DNA from: a virus
Taxonomy: Duplodnaviria > Heunggongvirae > Uroviricota > Caudoviricetes
Virus record (IMG/VR): IMGVR_UViG_3300043172_001414
DNA length: 64,000 bases
Strand: one strand, 5' to 3'
The notes beneath the pieces are model-generated. The model saw only the letters and a program-made list of their open reading frames with translations. It made no database searches and was not told the DNA's origin. How positions within the stretch are numbered: position 1 is the stretch's first letter; every line of letters begins with the position of its first letter. Made by a program: the position numbers and the translations under genes. Below, piece by piece: positions 8,680-17,316 of the stretch.

Positions 8680-9024
8680 TTAGACAGCTAAAGCAGTCTC
8701 TGAAAATGTTGACACATATAAAGATTCCCAGTCATACATGTCTACATGGCAAGACACGGCTTCTTCCTTTACCAATTCAAACTCGCATTTGTTTCTCATT
8801 GAGTAATTCACCAAGTCACGAATGTTTTTGTCTCTATCCCTTGAATACAAGATTGCAAAGCTCTTGTTAGTTAATATTTCCTCTACAATACCGTCAAATA
8901 CTGCATGTGTAGTGAACTCCATATCGTCAGATTTATATCTGACATAATTATATAAGCGCTCATCAACGTCCGTGTCAGTTATATCTGCCACTCTTAATAC
9001 GGTTTTATGTACTTTAGTTATCAA
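8680..9024 (-). CDS. small paralog family member 1 (IC..A..(H/Y)SR..KLK family, divergent)
   Basis: IVEEILTNKSFAILYSRDRDKNIRDLVNYSMRNK. Confidence 0.7.
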   Translation of the reverse strand: MITKVHKTVLRVADITDTDVDERLYNYVRYKSDDMEFTTHAVFDGIVEEILTNKSFAILYSRDRDKNIRDLVNYSMRNKCEFELVKEEAVSCHVDMYDWESLYVSTFSETALAV

Positions 9025-9121
9025 AATCTTACTCCGTTTTTATCTGTTATTAAAAAAGTATAACACAATTAATATTTTTTAGTTATATTTAATGTGGGAA
9101 CGCAAATAAAAAGGAAATAAC

Positions 9122-9391
9122 ATGGCGACTTTGTACAATACAAATGGTGAAGTTACTTCAGTTGAAATTGGTGAAGATCATCTGAAATCATACTACGATT
9201 TGATAGGTTGTGAGATGGTGGAAGCGATCACTATTGACGAAGACACAGTTCTTCTGGTTGATGAAGAGAGTAGATTAAAACAAGACCAACAAATCAATCT
9301 GAGGGCTACTGAATATGTTAGGAAATATTTTAACATGGATTGTATAATAGGGAATGCTCTGTTAGTTACTGTTCCTGATGAGTTTAATTGA
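9122..9391 (+). CDS. DUF3846-like protein
   Basis: YYDLIGCEMVEAI...LLVDEESRLK...INLRAT...IIGNALLV. Confidence 0.7.
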   Translation: MATLYNTNGEVTSVEIGEDHLKSYYDLIGCEMVEAITIDEDTVLLVDEESRLKQDQQINLRATEYVRKYFNMDCIIGNALLVTVPDEFN

Positions 9392-9681
9392 TGTGTATTA
9401 ATGATCATCCTAATCTGCAACTATCATTAATCGTGATATTGATAGTTGCATTATTCTGCGCTGTTGCGTGCGAAGGTTTCGATTCAAAAAAAGAACGTGA
9501 AAGAGCTGAGGAAAGACTTATTAATCAAATAGAGCACTATAGCAAAACAGCTTGTATAGACGGTGTTACATATGTTTATAGTGCTGGTGTCCACATATTT
9601 TCTTTATCTGCAAAGTTTGGTACAGACAGCAAGATCATACAGTGCAAGCCTAAATCTCAATATCCTATTGCTTATGAATAA
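9388..9681 (+). CDS. membrane-anchored/exported small protein
   Basis: hydrophobic N-terminus; CIDGVTYVY...KIIQC. Confidence 0.7.
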   Translation: MMCINDHPNLQLSLIVILIVALFCAVACEGFDSKKERERAEERLINQIEHYSKTACIDGVTYVYSAGVHIFSLSAKFGTDSKIIQCKPKSQYPIAYE

Positions 9682-10219
9682 AGAAGAAATACTAGCCATC
9701 GTAAAAGAAGAACTGGCAGCCGAAGAAGTTTATTACAAGTGCGGCAATCCACATTGTATTTCTTCCAGTGCTTTCATAATTCCAATTAAATTTCACGACA
9801 AAATGGTTTGTAAGGATTGTGGTGGTTCAGCATGGGAAGCTAGAAAGAAACGGTCTGATGAAATCATAGCTGAAGCAATAGCGGACAAGGTAAAAGACGA
9901 GTGGATATTCGTTGATGATCAACTACCAGAAATTCAAGAAGGTAGATTTGGTACATATGTTTTGGCTATTGATTATGATCCTTGTTGGACTGGTACTATG
10001 TTAAACAGGCCCAGCGTACATCAAGAGTTTTTTCGTAAAAAAGACGGGTTTAAAATGACTAGTGCGTATGGTTTCGAAAAAGATGGAAAACTCACTGAAA
10101 ATCGTATAGAGCGATGCGACCCGATCATTTTGTGGAAGCCGATGCCTAAGTCACCTAGTGCAGAAGAGATTATTAAATTGTTGCAAGACAGGAAGTGGAT
10201 AGGGGAAGAGGAGTCATGA
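9674..10219 (+). CDS. Zn-ribbon plus DUF551-like protein
   Basis: CGNPHC/CKDC; WIFVDDQLPE...ILWKPMPKSP; ATG at 9674. Confidence 0.65.
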   Translation: MNKEEILAIVKEELAAEEVYYKCGNPHCISSSAFIIPIKFHDKMVCKDCGGSAWEARKKRSDEIIAEAIADKVKDEWIFVDDQLPEIQEGRFGTYVLAIDYDPCWTGTMLNRPSVHQEFFRKKDGFKMTSAYGFEKDGKLTENRIERCDPIILWKPMPKSPSAEEIIKLLQDRKWIGEEES

Positions 10220-10563
10220 AAATAATTAATGCTTCTATAAAAGTTGCTGAGCGTGACAGACGGTCTGGACGAATGATTGGTTTAGATGGATGTGTAATAG
10301 AATTTCATTCAGAAGATACTTTAAAGCAAAATGACAAATTAAAAATGTGCTATGAAAAAGAAGTGCATTATTTTTCTGTTAATGAAATAGAAATAGCTGA
10401 TAACAACAAGCTTCTCATACGAGCTTCCGAAGTTGGTTATTGGGCAAGGGCATTTAGAAGAAAAGAAGGGTTCGATATACGAAAGTTACTTAATATCGAA
10501 GTAGAAGTAGTTACAGATAAAGAAACATTAAGTAAAATAAGTTTAGAATCGTGTTGGTGTTAA
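10216..10563 (+). CDS. hypothetical protein
   Basis: ATGA overlap with upstream stop; GAGGAG RBS. Confidence 0.7.
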   Translation: MKIINASIKVAERDRRSGRMIGLDGCVIEFHSEDTLKQNDKLKMCYEKEVHYFSVNEIEIADNNKLLIRASEVGYWARAFRRKEGFDIRKLLNIEVEVVTDKETLSKISLESCWC

Positions 10564-10574
10564 AGGAGTAAAGT

Positions 10575-10796
10575 ATGGATACAAGAACAGGAATGATTGA
10601 GCAATTCAGCAAAGAAGAAATGAAAGGGTTAGACCCTGAGCGTTATGAACGAGTGCATAGAGAGCAGATGACAGCAAAACAGGAAGAGTTAATGCAAGTC
10701 AGCAAGCATGACAACCGATCAGAGCTAGGTAAGATATTTACTGGCAAAAGAAAGAATCGAGAGAAAAGAGAAAGACGTAAAAGACGTGGCAAGTAA
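10575..10796 (+). CDS. small protein with basic C-terminus
   Basis: AAGGAG RBS; KRKNREKRERRKRRGK. Confidence 0.7.
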   Translation: MDTRTGMIEQFSKEEMKGLDPERYERVHREQMTAKQEELMQVSKHDNRSELGKIFTGKRKNREKRERRKRRGK

Positions 10797-10808
10797 TTGG
10801 TGTGACTG

Positions 10809-11156
10809 ATGATAGGGTATTTAAAATATATGTTTGATGTTAATAAAGAAGAGAGTGACAAACTTAAAAAATATTCTATTATTTTTGCATTTATAGGTTT
10901 AATTTTGTGGGGTCTTATTTTATATTCAGTAGAATCTCCTTTAAGTGTCAAAAATAGGACAGTCGATAATGTAAATGGTGAACATACTCATCATGGGTTA
11001 ATGCATGTTCATGTTGAGAAACAACAAAATACCATTATAGTTTGTAAAAATAAAGTTAATTATTACCTATACAAGTCTTATGGAAGAGAAAATTTTATCG
11101 TCATGACAGACTTGCGTGGGCGTGTTAAACATTGTAAAGAAGAGCCTCAACACTGA
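10809..11156 (+). CDS. membrane-anchored small protein
   Basis: TM segment YSIIFAFIGLILWGLILYSV; CKNKVNYY...GRVKHC. Confidence 0.7.
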   Translation: MIGYLKYMFDVNKEESDKLKKYSIIFAFIGLILWGLILYSVESPLSVKNRTVDNVNGEHTHHGLMHVHVEKQQNTIIVCKNKVNYYLYKSYGRENFIVMTDLRGRVKHCKEEPQH

Positions 11157-11210
11157 CCTCTTACCCTCGGTCAGTGTAAGGGAGAGGGTGTCACTCGCAT
11201 CCTCTCCCTT
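11150..11210. terminator. two back-to-back hairpins at a convergent gene junction
   Basis: ACACTGACC/GGTCAGTGT (11150-11177) and AAGGGAGAGGGTG/CATCCTCTCCCTT (11178-11210). Confidence 0.6.
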
Positions 11211-11442
11211 AATAAAATATCTTAATCATCTCTTTATGCTTAAGCTTAATCACACAAAATTTTCTTATCTGTTCACTATCATCTCTTGAATGTATCAAGG
11301 CTGCAGCATTGTTTTTACATATCGAAATTATCTTAGGTATGTCTGATTTGATTACTTGAAACTGAAGTTTATTTGCAAATTTATCCCCATCGTATTTAAC
11401 CAGTTTAAACAAAACTGAATTGACAAGAATAGTAACGAACAT
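11209..11442 (-). CDS. small paralog family member 2
   Basis: ISICKNNAAALIHSRDDSEQIRKFCVIKLKHK. Confidence 0.75.
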   Translation of the reverse strand: MFVTILVNSVLFKLVKYDGDKFANKLQFQVIKSDIPKIISICKNNAAALIHSRDDSEQIRKFCVIKLKHKEMIKIFY

Positions 11443-11444
11443 TC

Positions 11445-11825
11445 TTAATTCATGAGTCTGTTTTTTTGAGTTTGTAATACTATCTTTTCCTTAATAGGAA
11501 TACACGACCTGTACTTCAGTTTGTACCAAGCCAGCTTCCTTATAAACTTTTCTTCATGTTGCATGTTGATTATTGCGATTGCATTGTTGGAGCATATATC
11601 TGTGACAAGCTCAAAGAATTCTTCGCTGTAGGTGTGACGAAAGAAGCCCCATTTATAACCAGTATCGTTAGTTATAAATGAGGCTTTTAATCTGTTATCG
11701 AAATTTTTTGAGTTGTATACGTCTGTAATTTTACCCTTAAGAAAATACTCTACTGATCGTGTTTCAGTATAAATTTTTTGTATCTTAACAAGACAGACTT
11801 GGGTTATAGGATTTCTCATCACCAT
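11445..11825 (-). CDS. small paralog family member 3
   Basis: TDICSNNAIAIINMQHEEKFIRKLAWYKLKYR. Confidence 0.75.
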   Translation of the reverse strand: MVMRNPITQVCLVKIQKIYTETRSVEYFLKGKITDVYNSKNFDNRLKASFITNDTGYKWGFFRHTYSEEFFELVTDICSNNAIAIINMQHEEKFIRKLAWYKLKYRSCIPIKEKIVLQTQKNRLMN

Positions 11826-12105
11826 ATACTAATTTAATCTTACGATTCTTTAGTCTCCATTCACACAACCTACAAATGTATTTATTATTATTGCGGATGT
11901 TTAATATAGACGAAATCAAGTTGCCAGATTCCATTATATCTTGTGCTAATTCTATTTCATCGTGGTGGTAAAATGTGAATCTATCAAGACCTTCATTAAT
12001 ATCATAGTATAAAATACCAACGGAACCATTTAAGGTTCCATCGACATTTTCTGGTTCTATCTTATTCCCATGGTCGTCGAATCCGTATTTTACGACCGTT
12101 TTCAT
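11785..12105 (-). CDS. small paralog family member 4
   Basis: QDIMESGNLISSILNIRNNNKYICRLCEWRLKNR. Confidence 0.7.
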   Translation of the reverse strand: MKTVVKYGFDDHGNKIEPENVDGTLNGSVGILYYDINEGLDRFTFYHHDEIELAQDIMESGNLISSILNIRNNNKYICRLCEWRLKNRKIKLVYGDEKSYNPSLSC

Positions 12106-12635
12106 TATGCTATTTCTTGACCGACGAACTTCTTTACACCTTGTGCGAAGTCTAATTCAAGATGATACACATCGATATTTTGCTTATACTTTCTTTTGAA
12201 GTCAGCAAGCTCTTGAATTTTTTTGTTGTCATCTTTAAGTCTAACGATAGCGTGATAGTTCTCACGGCATATCAACTCGACACGGCCAGCTTTATTATCT
12301 CTGATAAGCTCTACAGTCTCTTGTGATTCCATGGTGGTAAACATTCTCCAAATCTCTTTGTCATGATTGAATAGAACATAAACCATGTTGTACACATCGT
12401 TATTCATGTTGAATTCTTCTACAGGCTGAACTAGATTTGGTTTGTTTTCACCAAAGTTTTGATTGAATTGTCTAGGCGTTACCATATAGCGTAACATAGT
12501 AAGCTTGGGTGCTTTTTTAGAAGTTGTATCCTCTTCTTTACCTAGCTGCTTCAGGTCTTTATTAATGTAATCGTCAATCCCGAATGTTTTTTTTTTGCTC
12601 ATAATTATATTTCCTTTCAATGAATATAGGTTCAC
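12105..12635 (-). CDS. hypothetical protein
   Basis: 176-aa ORF; real start probably at MSKKK (12602). Confidence 0.75.
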   Translation of the reverse strand: MNLYSLKGNIIMSKKKTFGIDDYINKDLKQLGKEEDTTSKKAPKLTMLRYMVTPRQFNQNFGENKPNLVQPVEEFNMNNDVYNMVYVLFNHDKEIWRMFTTMESQETVELIRDNKAGRVELICRENYHAIVRLKDDNKKIQELADFKRKYKQNIDVYHLELDFAQGVKKFVGQEIA

Positions 12636-12870
12636 TGTGTTTTAGCTTTATTTTACACAACTCGTTTATATCGTTACTCAAATATTTAAACTCTTTAGAT
12701 TCGAACTTCGAATACAGAAGAGCTAAACTATTAGATGTACATACGCTGTATACAATCGTATTTATTCTTTGCATCTTTTCTGGTTTTAGAGACAAATACC
12801 AGCTAGACCTATCATCTAGTTGATATGTTGTTAGAAAGTCATAATGATTAATTTTCATAATCATGACCAT
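12574..12870 (-). CDS. small paralog family member 5
   Basis: SVCTSNSLALLYSKF...INELCKIKLKHS. Confidence 0.7.
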   Translation of the reverse strand: MVMIMKINHYDFLTTYQLDDRSSWYLSLKPEKMQRINTIVYSVCTSNSLALLYSKFESKEFKYLSNDINELCKIKLKHSEPIFIERKYNYEQKKNIRD

Positions 12871-12887
12871 GTCTCCCGAAAAAATTG

Positions 12888-13289
12888 TTACTCTAAGCTT
12901 AAGTAAGCCTCGAACTTTTTTGAGTTGACCCGTCTCTTTATGGTAGACGTTTTCAAGTTCAATTTGTCGGATGCTTCTCTATAAGAAGTGTACTCAATTC
13001 CTTCGATGGACAAGACAAGAAGTTTTTGTTCGCCTGTTATGTCCTTCACTAACACATCAACTAAAGTCTCAACTAAAGTATCTGTAACTATTTCTTTTAC
13101 TACGAATAACTCTGGGTAGTGAGTCTTCATAATATTTGTTATCTTAACTTTTGAACGTGTATTGTTCTTAGTTAAGGTAACGTCCGGCCCTGTGAGTTCT
13201 GCTTGAGTTTTACTGTGAACTACTCTGCCAGTATTTGATATTTTATAAATTCCTTCAAACCCTTTTATATCTTTCCAGATTATTTTCAT
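12888..13289 (-). CDS. NUMOD4 plus NUMOD1/IENR1-type HTH protein lacking a nuclease domain
   Basis: WKDIKGFEGIYKISNTGRV (NUMOD4); EGIEYTSYREASDKLNLKTSTIKRR; no HNH residues between them. Confidence 0.75.
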   Translation of the reverse strand: MKIIWKDIKGFEGIYKISNTGRVVHSKTQAELTGPDVTLTKNNTRSKVKITNIMKTHYPELFVVKEIVTDTLVETLVDVLVKDITGEQKLLVLSIEGIEYTSYREASDKLNLKTSTIKRRVNSKKFEAYLSLE

Positions 13290-13321
13290 CTTGTCTCCTA
13301 GATATATGGTGTTTATGAAAT

Positions 13322-13329
13322 TATTTATA
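13322..13329 (-). promoter_or_regulatory. T4-type late promoter
   Basis: TATAAATA on minus strand just upstream of 12888-13289. Confidence 0.55.
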
Positions 13330-13843
13330 AATTGTCGAGTAGATCGTCTACAGATTGAGATATATCATCGTCTGAAGCGGTATTTACTCCTTTTTCGTCC
13401 TCTTCCTCTTTTTTTGGTTCAATAGTGTCTGAATCTTCATTCTCATCATCGTCTACTTCAGTTAGCCAGTCTGGGGTATCATCGTCATTTTCAACACCGC
13501 CCTCCATCTTGACTACCATGTTCTGCAAGTCAGATGGTGACATCTCGCCAGATTCAAGTTTTTTATAGATGTCATCCATTTGTTTTACTACATTAGGGTC
13601 TGATTCGAGTTCCATGATATTCTTAATCCCTATAGTTAATTTGTTTAGTTCTTTAATTAATAATCTCTTTGTGGAGTTTAGACGTTGACATTCTTCAGAC
13701 TTAAAGTGGGTATTTGGTATCTGTACTAATTCTACTTCAACTGCATTTAATTTTCCTTTCATCTCTATACGTCTGTCTTCCATCTCTTTTCTTAGTAGTG
13801 AGGGTTTGCTCATGTTGCTCCTAGTGCTCGAATAAAGCCTCAT
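13325..13843 (-). CDS. coiled-coil protein with acidic C-terminal tail
   Basis: ORF track; D/E-rich last third. Confidence 0.75.
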   Translation of the reverse strand: MRLYSSTRSNMSKPSLLRKEMEDRRIEMKGKLNAVEVELVQIPNTHFKSEECQRLNSTKRLLIKELNKLTIGIKNIMELESDPNVVKQMDDIYKKLESGEMSPSDLQNMVVKMEGGVENDDDTPDWLTEVDDDENEDSDTIEPKKEEEDEKGVNTASDDDISQSVDDLLDNL

Positions 13844-14309
13844 GTTTTAGGTTCTTAACTACTTTAGTTACATATCCACACACAAACTTATATATGGTTT
13901 TATCGTGGGGCGAGTCTTGACAGCCGTCTACGTGCAAGGTCTCTATGTCATTTTTCTGGATAAATTTCTCAACGATTCTTACGTCCAAAGGGCTATCAAG
14001 GTCTATCAGTAGTGATGGTGTGTTTGACGCTTCAACGATGTCCATTAACTCTTTATCGAGTTGGTCTACCAGGCTCTCCATAAAGAAAAATATTGTGCCG
14101 TCTGATGCGTTCATGTTATCTTCAAAACACTCTACAACCGAGTCTGACTCATGCTCTTTGAGTCCCATTGATGCGAGTTCTGGTTGCTTGCCTGTTGGCA
14201 AGATAAATCCTTTTGGACAATATCCATCTACAGCTATCTCATTAATAAATGCTGCTCCTACAGCTCCTTGGCTTGCGCCTCGAAGTCCTGTACTAATTAT
14301 TGTTTTCAT
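13821..14309 (-). CDS. putative molybdenum-carrier (SLOG superfamily)-like protein, degenerate
   Basis: IISTGLRGAS, GYCPKG, NMNASDGTIFF, TLHVDGCQDS align with IISGGQTGVD, GWCPKG, NVxDSDGT, LNVAGPRES; GGAGGT RBS. Confidence 0.7.
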   Translation of the reverse strand: MKTIISTGLRGASQGAVGAAFINEIAVDGYCPKGFILPTGKQPELASMGLKEHESDSVVECFEDNMNASDGTIFFFMESLVDQLDKELMDIVEASNTPSLLIDLDSPLDVRIVEKFIQKNDIETLHVDGCQDSPHDKTIYKFVCGYVTKVVKNLKHEALFEH

Positions 14310-14325
14310 ATTTACCTCCGTAAAA

Positions 14326-15348
14326 TTACGAATTGGGGTATACTTTAATTATGTTATACGAAATTTTAATGTCGTAAGGTATGTTCTTACGAAGAATTGC
14401 TCCTTTCCAATTGTTATCGGAAATTGTTGTTTTCATGTGTGATAGTATGTGTTCACCGTTTGGATCATACTGCTGGTATGGTACGACTTGTATCATACTT
14501 AAATTAGAGAAACCCATCTCTGCGAATCTCTTATGTCGATCTGTGTATTTTTTTGACTCGTCGTAATACACCTCGAACTCATCGAGGGTTAGTATGTCAT
14601 ACACTTTAAATATTATATTAGTTAACTTCTTACTGCCTCTAACGATGCTCTGGTGAGACTCATCAAAGCTCTGGTTGCCTATGAATACATGACCTTCAAT
14701 CATGATATTATCAATATCAGTAATGTCGATAAATGACTGTACTTCATCCTTAAGGTAATTCAATGTGACAATAGGTATGGTGTGCTTGCTATATATGTTC
14801 ACCTTTCGGTTTCTAATGCTCATGTAGACCAGTTCGCCCTCAACCTTCTCCATTGTAACGTACTCAGAAAAGACCCTCTTAGGACACATCGTATCCCAAA
14901 TTTTGGGTCGTGTAGGGTTAAACATTGGTATAAGTTTCGGATAGATACAATTGATAAGCTGAGCATCTATTCCACACTTCAAGTTCTTATTGAAAATGTT
15001 GATAATAAGGGTCTCATATTCGGGAAATATTGTACACCATCTCTTTATCGCTTTGATTCCTACAGAACGACTGTATCTTTTGTTAAGCAACGAATCGTTT
15101 AAAAAATTGTAGAAGTGATGGATCATGATGTACGGCTTATCTATTTTCGGAATATCAACTAAAGTAGATTCTAACTCTTTATCTATCTGTTTTGTACCAA
15201 CTGCGAAGTGCTTAAAAGGATTATAGGTTATCTCCAATAAATTTCTACATTGAGGATATTTCTCTATAATGTCTAGCTTGTCTATTGACAATTCAACTGC
15301 TTTCAACTGGCGAATCATGTACAGTAAGTCATCTACTATTTTTATCAT
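14326..15348 (-). CDS. ATP-dependent DNA ligase-like protein (T4 gp30 type), degenerate and lacking OB domain
   Basis: N-terminal DBD with NLKCGI; motifs EKVEGEL, IEGHV, YDIL, KGAILR, IIKVY. Confidence 0.75.
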   Translation of the reverse strand: MIKIVDDLLYMIRQLKAVELSIDKLDIIEKYPQCRNLLEITYNPFKHFAVGTKQIDKELESTLVDIPKIDKPYIMIHHFYNFLNDSLLNKRYSRSVGIKAIKRWCTIFPEYETLIINIFNKNLKCGIDAQLINCIYPKLIPMFNPTRPKIWDTMCPKRVFSEYVTMEKVEGELVYMSIRNRKVNIYSKHTIPIVTLNYLKDEVQSFIDITDIDNIMIEGHVFIGNQSFDESHQSIVRGSKKLTNIIFKVYDILTLDEFEVYYDESKKYTDRHKRFAEMGFSNLSMIQVVPYQQYDPNGEHILSHMKTTISDNNWKGAILRKNIPYDIKISYNIIKVYPNS

Positions 15349-15545
15349 TGATTCATTTCGATATCGTGTTTCGGATCTAAAGGTTCATCTGAAGGGTACG
15401 GGCTGTTATTGCAATTGATTACCATTTTACCGCATGTAGGGCATTTCCAACTGTCTCCTGAGTAACAGTGGTTTCCACCATAGCGGACAACAACACCATT
15501 TTTCTCAACTTTCATCTCTGTGTGACACTCAACACAAATAATCAT
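15345..15545 (-). CDS. zinc-ribbon protein
   Basis: CVEC...CPTC. Confidence 0.75.
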   Translation of the reverse strand: MIICVECHTEMKVEKNGVVVRYGGNHCYSGDSWKCPTCGKMVINCNNSPYPSDEPLDPKHDIEMNQ

Positions 15546-15580
15546 ATTAACTCCAATCTTAGTACATATATTATATAATA

Positions 15581-15609
15581 AGTATAGTAAATATAATTAT
15601 TAATTTCAA
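15581..15609 (-). promoter_or_regulatory. leftward sigma70 promoter
   Basis: TTGAAA-N17-TATACT on minus strand. Confidence 0.7.
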
Positions 15610-15621
15610 TAAAAAAATACA

Positions 15622-15649
15622 TTGACAATAACTTTTATTTTGTTATTTT
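15622..15649 (+). promoter_or_regulatory. rightward sigma70 promoter
   Basis: TTGACA-N16-TATTTT in the divergent intergenic region. Confidence 0.5.
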
Positions 15650-15681
15650 ATTACATATACGCCACTTTTGTGAAATAACTT

Positions 15682-15963
15682 ATGAAAATAGAAATTACTA
15701 AAAAAGAAGCACAGTTAATAATCGGTGCTTTAGCTTTTACTTCTTGTACTGATGTATGTGAAGATACAAAAATGGATGATAAGTATAAAATGATTGCTTT
15801 AGCTAATGTCTTGAAGGAAGTAACTAAAGTGGATAAAGTTCCTGACTTTTATCTTACTCAACAGCGTGAGTTTGTTGGTGATGGGGTATTTTATTGCGAT
15901 GATCTTCATATGATCGACAAGGTAAAACAGGTTATAGAAATATTCAACAAAGACGAGGAATAA
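15682..15963 (+). CDS. hypothetical protein
   Basis: ORF track. Confidence 0.7.
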   Translation: MKIEITKKEAQLIIGALAFTSCTDVCEDTKMDDKYKMIALANVLKEVTKVDKVPDFYLTQQREFVGDGVFYCDDLHMIDKVKQVIEIFNKDEE

Positions 15964-15964
15964 T

Positions 15965-16372
15965 ATGTCCCAATGGACTCATGTAAATGCATCAATTAGA
16001 TATGACGGAATACCTGCCCTAGGTATACCCATCATAACAGAAAAAGAACTAGGTGAAATATCTACATGGGAGAATGATGTAGAAGACACTATACTGCCGT
16101 GTGGTAGTGAAGGTAGCCTGGAATACAAGCTTATCAAGACAGGTACTGAGAACGCTCTTGCATGTCGTGCGGTTATCTTCTATGGTGATCTCAGAGACTA
16201 TAGTGATGTTGATGAGATACTTGCGTATTTCGAATCAATCACTAGCGGTAAAATGATACGTAGTGGTATACTTGAGATTGCAGTTGAGTATCAAGATGTT
16301 ATGATATACAGATTCAATACATCCGACAAAAAATGGGAATTCGTTGATGAAGTCACTGAGAAGGAGCATTAA
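15965..16372 (+). CDS. conserved phage hypothetical protein
   Basis: MSQWTHV start; PCGSEGSL and GDLRD motifs. Confidence 0.7.
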   Translation: MSQWTHVNASIRYDGIPALGIPIITEKELGEISTWENDVEDTILPCGSEGSLEYKLIKTGTENALACRAVIFYGDLRDYSDVDEILAYFESITSGKMIRSGILEIAVEYQDVMIYRFNTSDKKWEFVDEVTEKEH

Positions 16373-16608
16373 TGGATACACCAAAAGTACCAGAAAAATC
16401 ATACTTTAAATTGTATGAAAAACATCTATCCATGACTAAAGTATCAGAGATAGATGTTACTATAAGCGACGAAACTATAGATCATATCATGACTGTATGT
16501 GATGGTTATAGTGTATCATTTGATGCCGTTGTCGGTGGTATGCTTCAGCTGTATATTGACAGTCAGGAAGATCAAACTAAAGTAGTAAAAGAGAGCGTGG
16601 AAGAATAA
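16372..16608 (+). CDS. possible ribbon-helix-helix protein
   Basis: IDVTISDETIDHIMTVCDGYSVSFDAVVGGMLQLYI has a beta-alpha-alpha pattern. Confidence 0.4.
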   Translation: MDTPKVPEKSYFKLYEKHLSMTKVSEIDVTISDETIDHIMTVCDGYSVSFDAVVGGMLQLYIDSQEDQTKVVKESVEE

Positions 16609-16636
16609 TAATCACTGGGTTGGAGAGGTCAATGGA

Positions 16637-16861
16637 TTGGATGTAAAAAAGTTAACCGACTATGACTTGTGTTATAAGATCGGCCAGATTGGGTTAAATG
16701 ATGCATTACGCACAATAACCGAAGATGATATTGAGAATTCTAGAACTGCGGACTATTGGAAAGTAGCTAGGATGGATAAAAATAGAGACAGTGAGTCTAG
16801 TCCAACGTATAGCATGGAAGAGGCGGTAAACATAATAAACTCTTATGAGGGTGAAACATGA
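16637..16861 (+). CDS. hypothetical protein
   Basis: ORF track. Confidence 0.6.
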   Translation: MDVKKLTDYDLCYKIGQIGLNDALRTITEDDIENSRTADYWKVARMDKNRDSESSPTYSMEEAVNIINSYEGET

Positions 16862-17316
16862 CAGAACGGTATTTTACACTAAGCGAATCATCTAAGATGC
16901 TTTCAGCGTGTTATAACTTAATACACACTCGTGTTAAGATGAACTTTGTGCTTATTGATAAGCGTGGTAACAGCTTTGGCATACAACAACGTATTACTAA
17001 AAATAAATGTGAAAACATTAAGCGTGAAAAAGTACGTGATAGTTCCCCCATGCATTACACACTTGAGGAGAATCACGAGGCAGCATACCTAGACCAGACG
17101 TTAATGGATTTGAAGTACACTGAAACAATATTGAAGCAATACCCTCAGCATTCATTAATTATATTTGATGACGGTCTTCGGCTATACAAGATTTATGATA
17201 ATAACTACCACAAGGTAGACATGTTGTTTTCTAATGTAACTGAAGTAACCGATAACATTAAATACTCTCTTGAGTATCTAGCAACTAAAAAATCTAAGGA
17301 GGCTGAAAATGGCTAA
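16858..17316 (+). CDS. hypothetical protein
   Basis: ORF track; GAGG RBS. Confidence 0.7.
   Translation: MTERYFTLSESSKMLSACYNLIHTRVKMNFVLIDKRGNSFGIQQRITKNKCENIKREKVRDSSPMHYTLEENHEAAYLDQTLMDLKYTETILKQYPQHSLIIFDDGLRLYKIYDNNYHKVDMLFSNVTEVTDNIKYSLEYLATKKSKEAENG

Noticed and set aside
9057-9089. Divergent sigma70 promoters at the 9024/9122 junction
   Set aside because: Plausible -10 boxes (TATACT on minus, TATATT on plus) but no convincing -35 at correct spacing, so they were not called.
14300-14340. Frameshift that would restore the ligase OB domain
   Set aside because: The stop is followed at once by GGAGGT and an unrelated SLOG-like gene; no OB-fold sequence is recognisable downstream.
16858-17316. 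Tenth member of the small paralog family
   Set aside because: It is adjacent and of similar size but lacks the IC/A..SR/KLK motif.
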